From the NCBI GenBank assembly GCA_965218295.1, contig CBDCKN010000013.1, positions 416,001-480,000 of the forward strand: a DNA stretch of 64,000 nucleotides, given 5' to 3'. This stretch comes from Longimicrobiales bacterium (GTDB lineage Bacteria > Gemmatimonadota > Gemmatimonadetes > Longimicrobiales > Gaopeijiaceae). Made by a program: the position numbers and the translations under genes. Under the pieces are notes generated by a model. It searched no databases. It had not been told where the DNA came from and worked only from the letters and a program-made list of their open reading frames with translations. Positions 22,228 through 34,117 of the stretch are shown here, in pieces; positions within the stretch are counted from its first letter, which is position 1, and every line of letters starts with the position of its first letter.

Positions 22228-22539
22228 TTATCCAACCTCGTAAAACTCGATGTGGTCGTCTTCGGCAAGCTGAACCACCGCCTTCTTGAAAGCGGGGCGC
22301 CGCCCGTATTTGGGATTCCGGGACATGCGGCCCAACAGGGCACGCTTGATCTTCCCGGGGTAGTGCATCGTGCGAACATGATCGACCTTCACGTCCCAGA
22401 GCTTCTCGACGGCCCGGGCGATGTCGATCTTGTTGGCGCTCCTGTTCACGATGAAGGTGTAGACGTTGTCCTCTTCGATGGCTCGCGCGGATTTCTCGGA
22501 GACGACCGGCGAGTAGATCACGTCGTAGACGTCACGCAT
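22228..22539 (-). CDS. rplW: 50S ribosomal protein L23
   Basis: [15 protein letters not shown]. Start trimmed to MRDVYD. Confidence 0.96.
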   Translation of the reverse strand: MRDVYDVIYSPVVSEKSARAIEEDNVYTFIVNRSANKIDIARAVEKLWDVKVDHVRTMHYPGKIKRALLGRMSRNPKYGRRPAFKKAVVQLAEDDHIEFYEVG

Positions 22540-23509
22540 CGTCGCCCTCCTCCTGTGCGTCGGCTCCACCCGAAAGCTCGAGCAAGCGCGCGTCGTAGTG
22601 GGCTTGGGCCGTCTTGCGGCTGTCTCGGGCCTCGAGGGCCTTCACGTCGTCGGCCGAGTCGAACTGGGCCAGGAAGTCGGACATGTCGCCGACCTTTGGC
22701 AGCTTCACGGTCGCGACGTCGACGCCGCCCGCGATGGTGTCGGCCTTCACCTTGGGAGCCGCCCTCTTGGCCGGCTTCTTGCGGCCCCTGCGAGCCTTCT
22801 TGCGCTCGGCCTGGGCCTCGGCGACCTCCCGCTCGCGGCTCCGGACTTCCGGCTCACCACGGTCCCGGGCCGCTACCGCGTCGCGGTCCGCCTCGGACGG
22901 CTCGGCCCCGTCCAGGGCGGCCTTCTCGATGACGACCACGTTGGCCCACAGAATGTCGTAGACCGACTCCTGGCCGAAGGGACGGATCTCGACGTTCGGC
23001 AGGTTGCGGGCCGAAAGGTAGACGCTCTCCTTGGGCCCGTCCGTTAGGACGAGGACCTTCCCCTCCGCACCGATGGCCGAGAAGAGCGCGAGGAGCTGCT
23101 TGGTCTTGGGGGCATCGAACTCGAGGGCGTCCACGAGGACCACCCGCTCACCCTGGGCTCGCGCGTTGAACGCGGACCGGCGAGCGAGGGCCCGGACCTT
23201 CTTGGGCACCCGTTGCCGCCACGAGTGGGGAATCGGCGGGAAAGCGACACCGCCCCCGGCCCACTGCACGGCCCGGATCGTTCCCTGCCGGGCACGGCCT
23301 GTCCCCTTCTGTCTCCAGGGCTTGTGGGAGCCGCCGGCGACCTGACCACGGGACTTGGCCGCCGCCGTCCCCTGTCGCTGATTCGACCGGTAGGCCTTGA
23401 TCACCTGGTGGAGGACGTCCTCATTGACGACCCCGTCGAAGAGCCACTCGGGGAGATTCTGTTCCCCGCCTTGGGCTCCATCAGTCTGGTAGTAGCGTGC
23501 TCTAAGCAT
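22532..23509 (-). CDS. rplD: 50S ribosomal protein L4 with a C-terminal extension of about 120 aa
   Basis: KPWRQKGTGRARQG. Confidence 0.96.
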   Translation of the reverse strand: MLRARYYQTDGAQGGEQNLPEWLFDGVVNEDVLHQVIKAYRSNQRQGTAAAKSRGQVAGGSHKPWRQKGTGRARQGTIRAVQWAGGGVAFPPIPHSWRQRVPKKVRALARRSAFNARAQGERVVLVDALEFDAPKTKQLLALFSAIGAEGKVLVLTDGPKESVYLSARNLPNVEIRPFGQESVYDILWANVVVIEKAALDGAEPSEADRDAVAARDRGEPEVRSREREVAEAQAERKKARRGRKKPAKRAAPKVKADTIAGGVDVATVKLPKVGDMSDFLAQFDSADDVKALEARDSRKTAQAHYDARLLELSGGADAQEEGDDA

Positions 23510-23512
23510 GCG

Positions 23513-24130
23513 TCACTTCTGGATCAACAGATAGCTGTTCCTGGACCCGGGCACCCCACCCTTGATGAAGAGGAGGTTGCGCTCGGCGTCCACTCTCACG
23601 ACCTGCAGGTTTCCGATGGTGGTTCTCTTCCCGCCCATGCGGCCCGGCAGCTTCTTGCCCTTGATGACTCGAGACGGATCGGTCCCGGGTCCCAGGGAGC
23701 CCGGAGTCCTCGCCCCCGAGTGGCCGTGGGAAGCCGGGCGCCCTGAAAAGCCCCAACGCTTCACCACACCCTGGAATCCACGCCCCTTGGAGGTGCCCGT
23801 CACCCTGACCTTGTCACCCGCCTCGAAGACCTCGACGGTGACCGACTGTCCGAGCTCGAACTCGTCGCCTTCGGCCACCGGGAACTCACGCACGAGGCGG
23901 GGCGCCGCTTCGACGCCGGCCTTGGCGGCATGGCCCTTCTCGGCCATGCTGGCGCGCTTGTCCTTCTTGGCCCCGAAGCCCAACTGAACGGCAGAGTACC
24001 CGTCCCTCTCCTCGCTCTTGATCTGGAGCACCGGGCAAGGGCCCGCCTCCACGACCGTCACGGAGAGCGCGGCTCCATCCTCGTCGAAGATCCGGGTCAT
24101 CCCGATCTTCTTTCCAATCAATCCGGGCAT
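23513..24130 (-). CDS. rplC: 50S ribosomal protein L3
   Basis: [20 protein letters not shown]. Confidence 0.98.
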   Translation of the reverse strand: MPGLIGKKIGMTRIFDEDGAALSVTVVEAGPCPVLQIKSEERDGYSAVQLGFGAKKDKRASMAEKGHAAKAGVEAAPRLVREFPVAEGDEFELGQSVTVEVFEAGDKVRVTGTSKGRGFQGVVKRWGFSGRPASHGHSGARTPGSLGPGTDPSRVIKGKKLPGRMGGKRTTIGNLQVVRVDAERNLLFIKGGVPGSRNSYLLIQK

Positions 24131-24433
24131 CAGTCGACCCTAATCTCGACGTCCACGCCAGCAGGAAGATCGAGCTTCGTCAGCGCGTCGACCGTCTGCG
24201 GACGGCTCTCGACGATGTCGATGAGCCGCTTGTGCGTCCGAAGCTCGAACTGCTCGCGGCTCTTCTTGTCGATGTGGGGCGAGCGCAGCACCGTCCAGCG
24301 CTCACGCCGTGTGGGCAGCGGAATCGGTCCGCACACAATCGCGCCGGTCTTCTGCGCCGTCCGCACGATGTCGGCCGCGGTCTGATCCACGAGCCAGTGG
24401 TCGAACGCCTTGAGCCTGATTCGAATCCTGTCT

Positions 24434-24438
<5 letters not shown>
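24130..24438 (-). CDS. rpsJ: 30S ribosomal protein S10
   Basis: [24 protein letters not shown]. Confidence 0.98.
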
Positions 24439-26009
<1,571 letters not shown>

Positions 26010-26051
26010 GGTTCTTCCTCGCGGGCTTCCTATGCCCGTTCCCGTGATCCG

Positions 26052-28154
<2,103 letters not shown>

Positions 28155-28157
28155 CTA

Positions 28158-28202
28158 TCTCTATTCCGTCTGTCTCTATTCCGTCCGTCTCGATTCCGTC
28201 TG
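28158..28202. repeat. 3 x 15-bp near-perfect tandem repeat (tctctattccgtctg) just upstream of the fusA start
   Basis: Read directly from the sequence. Confidence 0.85.
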
Positions 28203-28416
28203 TTGAATCGTCCTGGTCGACTTCCCTGGACGCCGCCCTGTCGGCGAAAAAAAGCGCACGAGCCACTTGAAGCAGGAAGCGCGTCCTTCCTTCTAGCTGC
28301 CGTAGCCTTTCACCGGCAGCCTCCGCGCTTCGTGCCTCGTCGCTCAGTGCGCGAGACAACAGGTCGAGCCTTACCAGGCCTTTTTCAGCGGCAACTGGCG
28401 CTCGAGCGGATTTTGA

Positions 28417-28887
28417 CTACCAGCGATAGTGGGCGAACGCTTTGTTCGCCTCCACCATCCGGTGCGTGTCGTCCTTTTTCTTGATAGTCGCGCCCTCTCC
28501 CCGGCTCGCAGCCAGGAATTCGTACGCGAGTCGCTCGCCCATCGTCTTCTCCCCACGACTGCGGGCGAAGCTGATGAGCCAGCGGCTCGCAAGTGCGGCC
28601 CGACGCTCGGGCCGGACCTCGATGGGAACCTGGTACGTGGCACCACCGACGCGCCGGCTCTTCACCTCCAGAGCGGGCTTCGCGTTGGTGAGCGCCTGCG
28701 TGAAGATGTTCAGGCCTGGCTGGCCGGAGCTCTCCTCGCAGATCTCCAGAGCTCCGTAGAATATCTTCTCTGCCAGGGACTTCTTACCGTCGACCATGAG
28801 GTTGTTGATGAACTTCGTCACCTCGGCCGAATCATACTTCGGATCTGGGATGAGCTCCCGGCGGACCGCCCTGCTGCGACGACTCAT
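28417..28887 (-). CDS. rpsG: 30S ribosomal protein S7
   Basis: [22 protein letters not shown]. Confidence 0.99.
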   Translation of the reverse strand: MSRRSRAVRRELIPDPKYDSAEVTKFINNLMVDGKKSLAEKIFYGALEICEESSGQPGLNIFTQALTNAKPALEVKSRRVGGATYQVPIEVRPERRAALASRWLISFARSRGEKTMGERLAYEFLAASRGEGATIKKKDDTHRMVEANKAFAHYRW

Positions 28888-28897
28888 AGTCTATCCG

Positions 28898-29269
28898 CTA
28901 CTTGGGTCTCTTGGCGCCGTACTTCGACCGACCCTGACGCCGATCACTGACACCGGAGGCATCCAGGGTCCCCCGGACGACGTGGTACCGCACTCCGGGC
29001 AAGTCCTTTACCCGTCCACCTCGAATGAGCACGATCGAGTGCTCCTGGAGGTTGTGTCCTTCCCCACCGATATATGACGTCACCTCGTACCCGTTGGTCA
29101 GCCGCACCCTTGCCACCTTTCGAAGCGCCGAATTGGGCTTCTTGGGGGTGGTGGTATACACCCGGGTGCAGACCCCTCGCTTCTGAGGGTTCTTCTGCAA
29201 CGCAGGGGACTTGTTCTTCTTGTGAAGCTCGCGCCGTCCCTTGCGAACGAGTTGGTTGATCGTAGGCAT
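28898..29269 (-). CDS. rpsL: 30S ribosomal protein S12
   Basis: [15 protein letters not shown]. Confidence 0.99.
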   Translation of the reverse strand: MPTINQLVRKGRRELHKKNKSPALQKNPQKRGVCTRVYTTTPKKPNSALRKVARVRLTNGYEVTSYIGGEGHNLQEHSIVLIRGGRVKDLPGVRYHVVRGTLDASGVSDRRQGRSKYGAKRPK

Positions 29270-29366
29270 GTCAGCCCAGGTTCATTTCGTCAAAAAAACG
29301 CGCTGCCTAGCGCGGTTTCGTGTGGGAGCCGCCGGCGCTTCGGGGCGTCCGTTGCAAAGACTTAAA

Positions 29367-29395
29367 AAGTTAAAAGAGGCTCGGGGGGGTGTCAA
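29367..29395 (-). promoter_or_regulatory. Putative sigma70 promoter of the str operon
   Basis: Minus strand TTGACA-N17-TAACTT about 100 bp upstream of rpsL. Confidence 0.65.
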
Positions 29396-29481
29396 CGGGG
29401 TGTTCTGCCCCGAAAACCGGCTCCGGCCGGGGCATTCCGAAGGTGAGGTGACCCGCCATCGGCCTTCCTGCTCCCTATTCC

Positions 29482-30645
29482 CTACTTCCCTTTTTCTGCC
29501 GCCCGTACCATACCGGAGCTTGTTCCCCGCCCCCCCACTGGACGCAAGGATTTCTGACGGACCAGCGTCGGCACCTGTGTGATGAAGTACGCCGTTCGCG
29601 AGACACACTCCCACAGCTGAAACGGCAACCTGGGCAGTTCATTAAATGGCCCTCCGACGCCTACCGTAGCCTGAATCGGATTGGGCCAACGGAGGCGAAG
29701 TGCTCTTAGCAGCTGGGCCGGGTGCCGGAAGGAGTACGCCATCGACGGACTATCCAGATAATGCTCCCCTATCGACCACTGGCTGAGCACTGAGGGAAGG
29801 AGCCATCGCGGCAGGTGTCTAGCCCCCTCTGCTGTTGGAATGCCGTCCAGGCGGGCCCCGAGAAGCTGGCGTGCCAGACACACGGTGCATGCCACCCAAT
29901 CCGCGCGCCGCCGGTCTCCCCGCAGCAGATACTCCCAATCAAAATCCTTGGGCAGAGATTCCAGCACGACGGCGATGTCGCACAACCACAGGGGGCGGTA
30001 CGCCCCATGGCCTAACATGTGTATGCACATGTAGCGGAGATGATCTTCGGTTCCCAATATCCGCACGTCGACCTCGCCCAGTGGTACCAGCTGAGAACGC
30101 TCGTAGACATCATCCAGCGAAGGGCGGTGGAGCTGGGGCAGACCCTTGTGCAAATCGACTACGACCGTCTCGGCCGCCGGAGCGGCAAGTGCAGCCACCG
30201 CAACCGCATACTGTTCCGGCCGAACACACAGGTCGATGTCTCCATAAGGCCGCAGCCCGCGTTCGGGGTACAGTCGAGCGACTGCCCAGCCCTTGACCAG
30301 CAGCGGCTCCACACCCCTTGACCGAAGTAGCGTGATGGCCTGGACGATTTGGCGTTCCTGGCGGCCAGCCTGGAGAGTGTACAGGCGGTATGCCTGCCGA
30401 AGTTCGTGGGCAGCGGCGGAGGTGCGCAACTCGGACGACCGCACCCGCCACCACCCCAGGCTCGCCGCTCCCGTGCCGAGCAGCAGGGGTGTGACCTCGA
30501 TGAGGGCGGCGGGCGAGAGCGACGGGGGCGGGGGTGGGGGGAAAGCACGCCAGGCGCCAGCGAGGACCGATGCTACCAGCCTACCGCGTCGTCCCGGGTC
30601 GTTGCCCATTCCCGAACTGAAGTGATCCCAGCGGTCAAAGGGCAA
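29482..30645 (-). CDS. Nucleotidyltransferase family protein (NTP_transf_5-like)
   Basis: Motifs PLLVKGWAVARLYP, RPYGDIDLCV, VDLH, WLCDIA. Likely start is the ATG at 30610. Confidence 0.82.
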   Translation of the reverse strand: MPFDRWDHFSSGMGNDPGRRGRLVASVLAGAWRAFPPPPPPSLSPAALIEVTPLLLGTGAASLGWWRVRSSELRTSAAAHELRQAYRLYTLQAGRQERQIVQAITLLRSRGVEPLLVKGWAVARLYPERGLRPYGDIDLCVRPEQYAVAVAALAAPAAETVVVDLHKGLPQLHRPSLDDVYERSQLVPLGEVDVRILGTEDHLRYMCIHMLGHGAYRPLWLCDIAVVLESLPKDFDWEYLLRGDRRRADWVACTVCLARQLLGARLDGIPTAEGARHLPRWLLPSVLSQWSIGEHYLDSPSMAYSFRHPAQLLRALRLRWPNPIQATVGVGGPFNELPRLPFQLWECVSRTAYFITQVPTLVRQKSLRPVGGRGTSSGMVRAAEKGK

Positions 30646-31057
30646 AAGATACGCTCGACGTTCACCCGGTCGGGGTTAGGGACAACCACATATGCTTTTT
30701 GCCTGGCCTGCAGGTAAACACAAGCCGTTGCAACACAATTTGTTGCAATTAATTGCGCACGGAGTGCAATTTGGAATCCCCGAACAACTTGTAACGCACG
30801 ATGCTTGTGCCGCCGCAAGTGGCGCGACGATCGATTCGATCACCGGCAGAAGGAGCGAGATCCCTGCAACCCGTCGCAGGGTTCGTAGCACTTCCCGCCG
30901 CGAGTATTTGCCCCTTTCTGCCGGCAGTGTCACCGGCTCACTCAGCAAGTGTGCCCTGTCCAAGCGGTCCAGCGCCATCCACACCCCTCTCTGCCAACTT
31001 ACGTGAGACACGGAGCAGCTAAGGAATTAGAGTAGGGCGAAGGCAGAGAAACCGAGG

Positions 31058-31507
31058 ATGCTGAGACACCGAGAGAGAATGAAAGAGAATGGAATAGCCC
31101 CACCAACCTGGGACGGTAAGCGAAGCGCGGCAGCTCCTGCGGACTCGGAGGTGGTAGATAGGCCGCTGCGCCGGCGGTTCGCTCCGTCGTACAAGCTGCG
31201 GATCGTCGAAGAAGCGGACCGGTGCACGGAGCCCGGAGAGGTTGGCCGACTCCTACGGCGGGAGGGCTTGTACTCGTCGCACCTGACGACATGGCGCAAG
31301 GCGGCGCATAGCGGGTCCCTGAAAGCGCTGTCGAAGAAACGAGGCCGTAAGCGCGAGCGCAATCCGCTGGAGGAGAAGGTGCGCAAGCTGGAGCGCGAGA
31401 ACACTCGCCTCGAGAAGGAGCTCCAGAAGGCGCACTTGATCATCGACGTCCAGGGAAAAGTTGCAGGGCTGCTGGGATTGAGCCTCGAGGACGGGACGAA
31501 CTCATGA
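31058..31507 (+). CDS. IS3-family transposase OrfA
   Basis: RRRFAPSYKLRIV...LLRREGLYSSHLTTWRK (HTH region) followed by a coiled coil. Confidence 0.9.
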   Translation: MLRHRERMKENGIAPPTWDGKRSAAAPADSEVVDRPLRRRFAPSYKLRIVEEADRCTEPGEVGRLLRREGLYSSHLTTWRKAAHSGSLKALSKKRGRKRERNPLEEKVRKLERENTRLEKELQKAHLIIDVQGKVAGLLGLSLEDGTNS

Positions 31508-32511
31508 AGGCGACCCAGGAGCTAGCCAAGCACGTAGGGGTGAAGCCCGCGTGCGATGCGCTCAGGGTGCCGCGAGCCACGTTCTACCGTCGTCGGAGTG
31601 CATCGACCGGGCATCAGCAGCCCCGCCCGACCCCCGCCCGGGCCTTAAGCGAGAAGGAACGAGACAAGGTCTTCGACACGCTGTGTTCGGAGCGGTTCGT
31701 GGACCGGTCCCCAGCCGAGGTGGTGGCGACGCTGCTCGACGAGGACGTCTACCTGTGCAGCGAGCGTACGATGTATCGCGTTCTGGCTTCCCAGGTGCCG
31801 GTTCAGGAGCGTCGAGCGCAGCGGAGTCATCCCAAATACCAGAAGCCCGAGTTGATGGCGAGGGGCCCGAACCAGGTCTGGTCCTGGGATATCACCCGGC
31901 TGCTGGGGCCGAAGAAGTGGAGTTACTTCTACCTCTACGTGATCCTGGACATCTTCAGCCGCTACGTCGTGGGATGGATGGTGGCGGATCGGGAGAACTC
32001 TGCCCTGGCCAGCCGGCTGATCCAGCAGAGTTGCTTGAAGCATGGCGTCCAGCCCCACCTCCTGACCCTGCATTCCGATCGAGGGGCTCCGATGACGAGC
32101 CAATGCACGGCTCAACTACTCGCCGATCTCGGCGTGACCCGCTCGTTGGGCCGACCCCAGGTCTCGGATGACAATCCGTTCTCCGAGGCTCAGTTCAAGA
32201 CCTTGAAGTACCATCCCTCGTTTCCCGGCCGGTTCGGGGATCAGGGGCAAGCCAAGACCTTCTGTCGCTCGTTCTTCCGTTGGTATAATGCCGAGCACCG
32301 CCATGGCGGCATCTCGATGCTGACCCCCGAACAGGTCCACTTCGGTCACGCCGATCGGATCATCGCCTGCAGGAAGGCCGTGCTCCGTGAGGCATGGGCC
32401 GCTCATCCCGAGCGCTTCGTCTCCGGTGAGCCGAAGCCTAAACCACTCCCGGAGGCCGTCTGGATCAATCCTCCCACCCCATCCCTCACTACACAGGAGA
32501 TTGCTCTCTAA
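31504..32511 (+). CDS. IS3-family transposase OrfB (DDE/rve)
   Basis: PNQVWSWDIT, LHSDRG, DNPFSEAQFKTLK. Confidence 0.95.
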   Translation: MKATQELAKHVGVKPACDALRVPRATFYRRRSASTGHQQPRPTPARALSEKERDKVFDTLCSERFVDRSPAEVVATLLDEDVYLCSERTMYRVLASQVPVQERRAQRSHPKYQKPELMARGPNQVWSWDITRLLGPKKWSYFYLYVILDIFSRYVVGWMVADRENSALASRLIQQSCLKHGVQPHLLTLHSDRGAPMTSQCTAQLLADLGVTRSLGRPQVSDDNPFSEAQFKTLKYHPSFPGRFGDQGQAKTFCRSFFRWYNAEHRHGGISMLTPEQVHFGHADRIIACRKAVLREAWAAHPERFVSGEPKPKPLPEAVWINPPTPSLTTQEIAL

Positions 32512-32871
32512 TTGATTTCCAAGAGTGTCTCACTGGCGTTGACAGGTTCCGCACCACCGCTTCGTCTGTCGCGGTTGCTAATTGCTCCTCCAGCAGCGCG
32601 GCTACATCGGCTACGCTCGTCTGTCCATCGCAGCACCGCCAGACCAGGGCCGCCGTGCGATTCAGGCAACGGGCCTTGTGACGCTTCAGGTCGTATACCA
32701 GGGTTTCGTCCTGTAGCTCTTCGACAACCAGCTCGTCTTGCCTCGCGCGCGGCATCAGCGCTCTTGTCGTTCCCATAGGTACCTAACTCCAAATCGCTGG
32801 CGCGTGTTGACACCATAACCATTCACCATTCATGCGATGCGCACAAGCCACAACTCGTCCCAAGCTACCTT

Positions 32872-33714
32872 TCACGAACCTCGGCCCGCCTGTTCCGCTA
32901 GCCGGCCTAAGAGGGCTTCAGCGATTTCGGCGGCCTCACCACGCGCCCCCTTTAGCACCATCGCCTCGGCCGTGGCCGAACGCAGCGTCGCGAAGGCCCG
33001 CTCCGGATCGTGTCTGGCGGAAACGGTGTGGGCCAAGAGTTCCATCACCGCCCGCCCCGGCGAAAGCGGGCGCGGTCGCCACCGCGCACCCTCCCGGTAG
33101 CTTGTCGCGACTACCAAACCTACTGGGAGCGGTCTGACGCCGGTTGTCCCCCCCAGAGCTTCCGGGAGGATCTTCTTCGGGCGTCCGCCCCCGTTCTCCC
33201 GTATCGACATAGGCTTCAGATAGGGATGCACCCGACCACGCTCATCCAAAACGGCGTACTCATCTGAGTAATACGTCGCACCGGCCCTTACCAGGGCCCT
33301 GACCAGGGTCGTCTTGCCGCTCATAGTACGCCCTGGGATGACGATTGCCCTGCCACGCCAGCCCACGACGCCGGCATGGACGAACACCCTGCGGCGGGCC
33401 CGTTCCACGACGTATAGCTGCAGGTCCCTTTCGAGGGCTTCCAGCACCTGGTCCGTGTCCTTCGTTCGTGCCAGCTGTACCACGTCCGCATATAGAATAT
33501 TGAAACGGCGAATGTTGGAGCCGACCTTGGTTCCGCTGACTATCAGCGAATACAGACATCCGACGCGGGACCCGCGAGCTGGCTTGGTATGTGGTGGAAG
33601 CACTCCTTCAATCCGATCCATGATCTCCGGGCTACTCACTCGGATCCCGATGCGTAACCCGTAGGAGACGAACGCGATCCCTGCCGCCCACCCGAGGCGG
33701 TCTAGCTGCTTCAC
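32872..33714 (-). CDS. HPr kinase-related P-loop kinase
   Basis: HAGVVGWRGRAIVIPGRTMSGKTTL...YYSDEYAVLD matches the HprK-like HA...GxSGKT...SDE signature. Confidence 0.82.
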   Translation of the reverse strand: MKQLDRLGWAAGIAFVSYGLRIGIRVSSPEIMDRIEGVLPPHTKPARGSRVGCLYSLIVSGTKVGSNIRRFNILYADVVQLARTKDTDQVLEALERDLQLYVVERARRRVFVHAGVVGWRGRAIVIPGRTMSGKTTLVRALVRAGATYYSDEYAVLDERGRVHPYLKPMSIRENGGGRPKKILPEALGGTTGVRPLPVGLVVATSYREGARWRPRPLSPGRAVMELLAHTVSARHDPERAFATLRSATAEAMVLKGARGEAAEIAEALLGRLAEQAGRGS

Positions 33715-33965
33715 TCAGGTGGACCCCGGCACCAACACCATCTCGTCGACGTCGCACATCTGCGGTGGAGATCCTCTGTGCTGTTTCATTGGGCAATTAC
33801 ACCACCGCGATTGACGAGCCGATCGCAGCGCCATTAGAAGGCCGGCGCGACACTGTAAGTCAATGCATCATAACAAGTTCAGTCAGAAGGAACCAGTCGC
33901 CCCAGCACCCTGAAAGCCCGTTCGTACAGCACGTCCTAACCACACTGGACGCCCGATCACACCGC

Positions 33966-34005
33966 AAAAATTATGAGGGGGAGTGCCCATCGGGCACTCC
34001 CCCTC
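33966..34005 (-). terminator. Rho-independent terminator downstream of rpoC
   Basis: Perfect 14-bp stem GAGGGGGAGTGCCC / GGGCACTCCCCCTC followed on the minus strand by ATAATTTTT. Confidence 0.75.
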
Positions 34006-34024
34006 GCTCACTCAACCGGCTTGC

Positions 34025-34115
34025 CGAAGCGGGTCGTCGGTTCCCCGGAGCGACGATCTGCGGCGAAGCCGTAGAGCGAAGCGTCGGCGCGCAGGGGAGC
34101 CGACGACCCGCTTCG
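34025..34115. repeat. Long hairpin (22-bp stem, 47-nt loop) directly after the rpoC stop
   Basis: CGAAGCGGGTCGTCGGTTCCCC ... GGGGAGCCGACGACCCGCTTCG with one mismatch. Confidence 0.8.
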
Positions 34116-34117
34116 AC

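Larger units (their letters stand above)
30985..32551 (+). mobile_element. IS3-family insertion sequence, copy 1 (1567 bp), 3-bp target duplication CAC
   Basis: orfA+orfB, subterminal inverted repeats TGCCAACTTACGTGAGACAC / GTGTCTCACTGGCGTTGACA, four copies in the window. Confidence 0.95.
30676..32776 (-). pseudogene. PqqD/RRE-domain protein fused to a Tat-like leader and Cys-rich peptide, interrupted by an IS3-family element
   Basis: N-half 32552..32776 (ETLVYDLKRHKARCLNRTAALVWRCCDG) and C-half 30676..30981 rejoin in frame (EAVV|WMALDRL) after removing the IS and one copy of the CAC duplication, giving 176 aa. Confidence 0.85.

Noticed and set aside
29482..33714. Calling the island a lasso-peptide cluster
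   Set aside because: No asparagine-synthetase-like cyclase, transglutaminase-like B2 protease or lasso-type precursor is visible.
33830..33865. Promoter for the kinase island (TTGACT...TCTAAT, minus strand)
   Set aside because: The spacer is 19 nt and the -10 match is weak.
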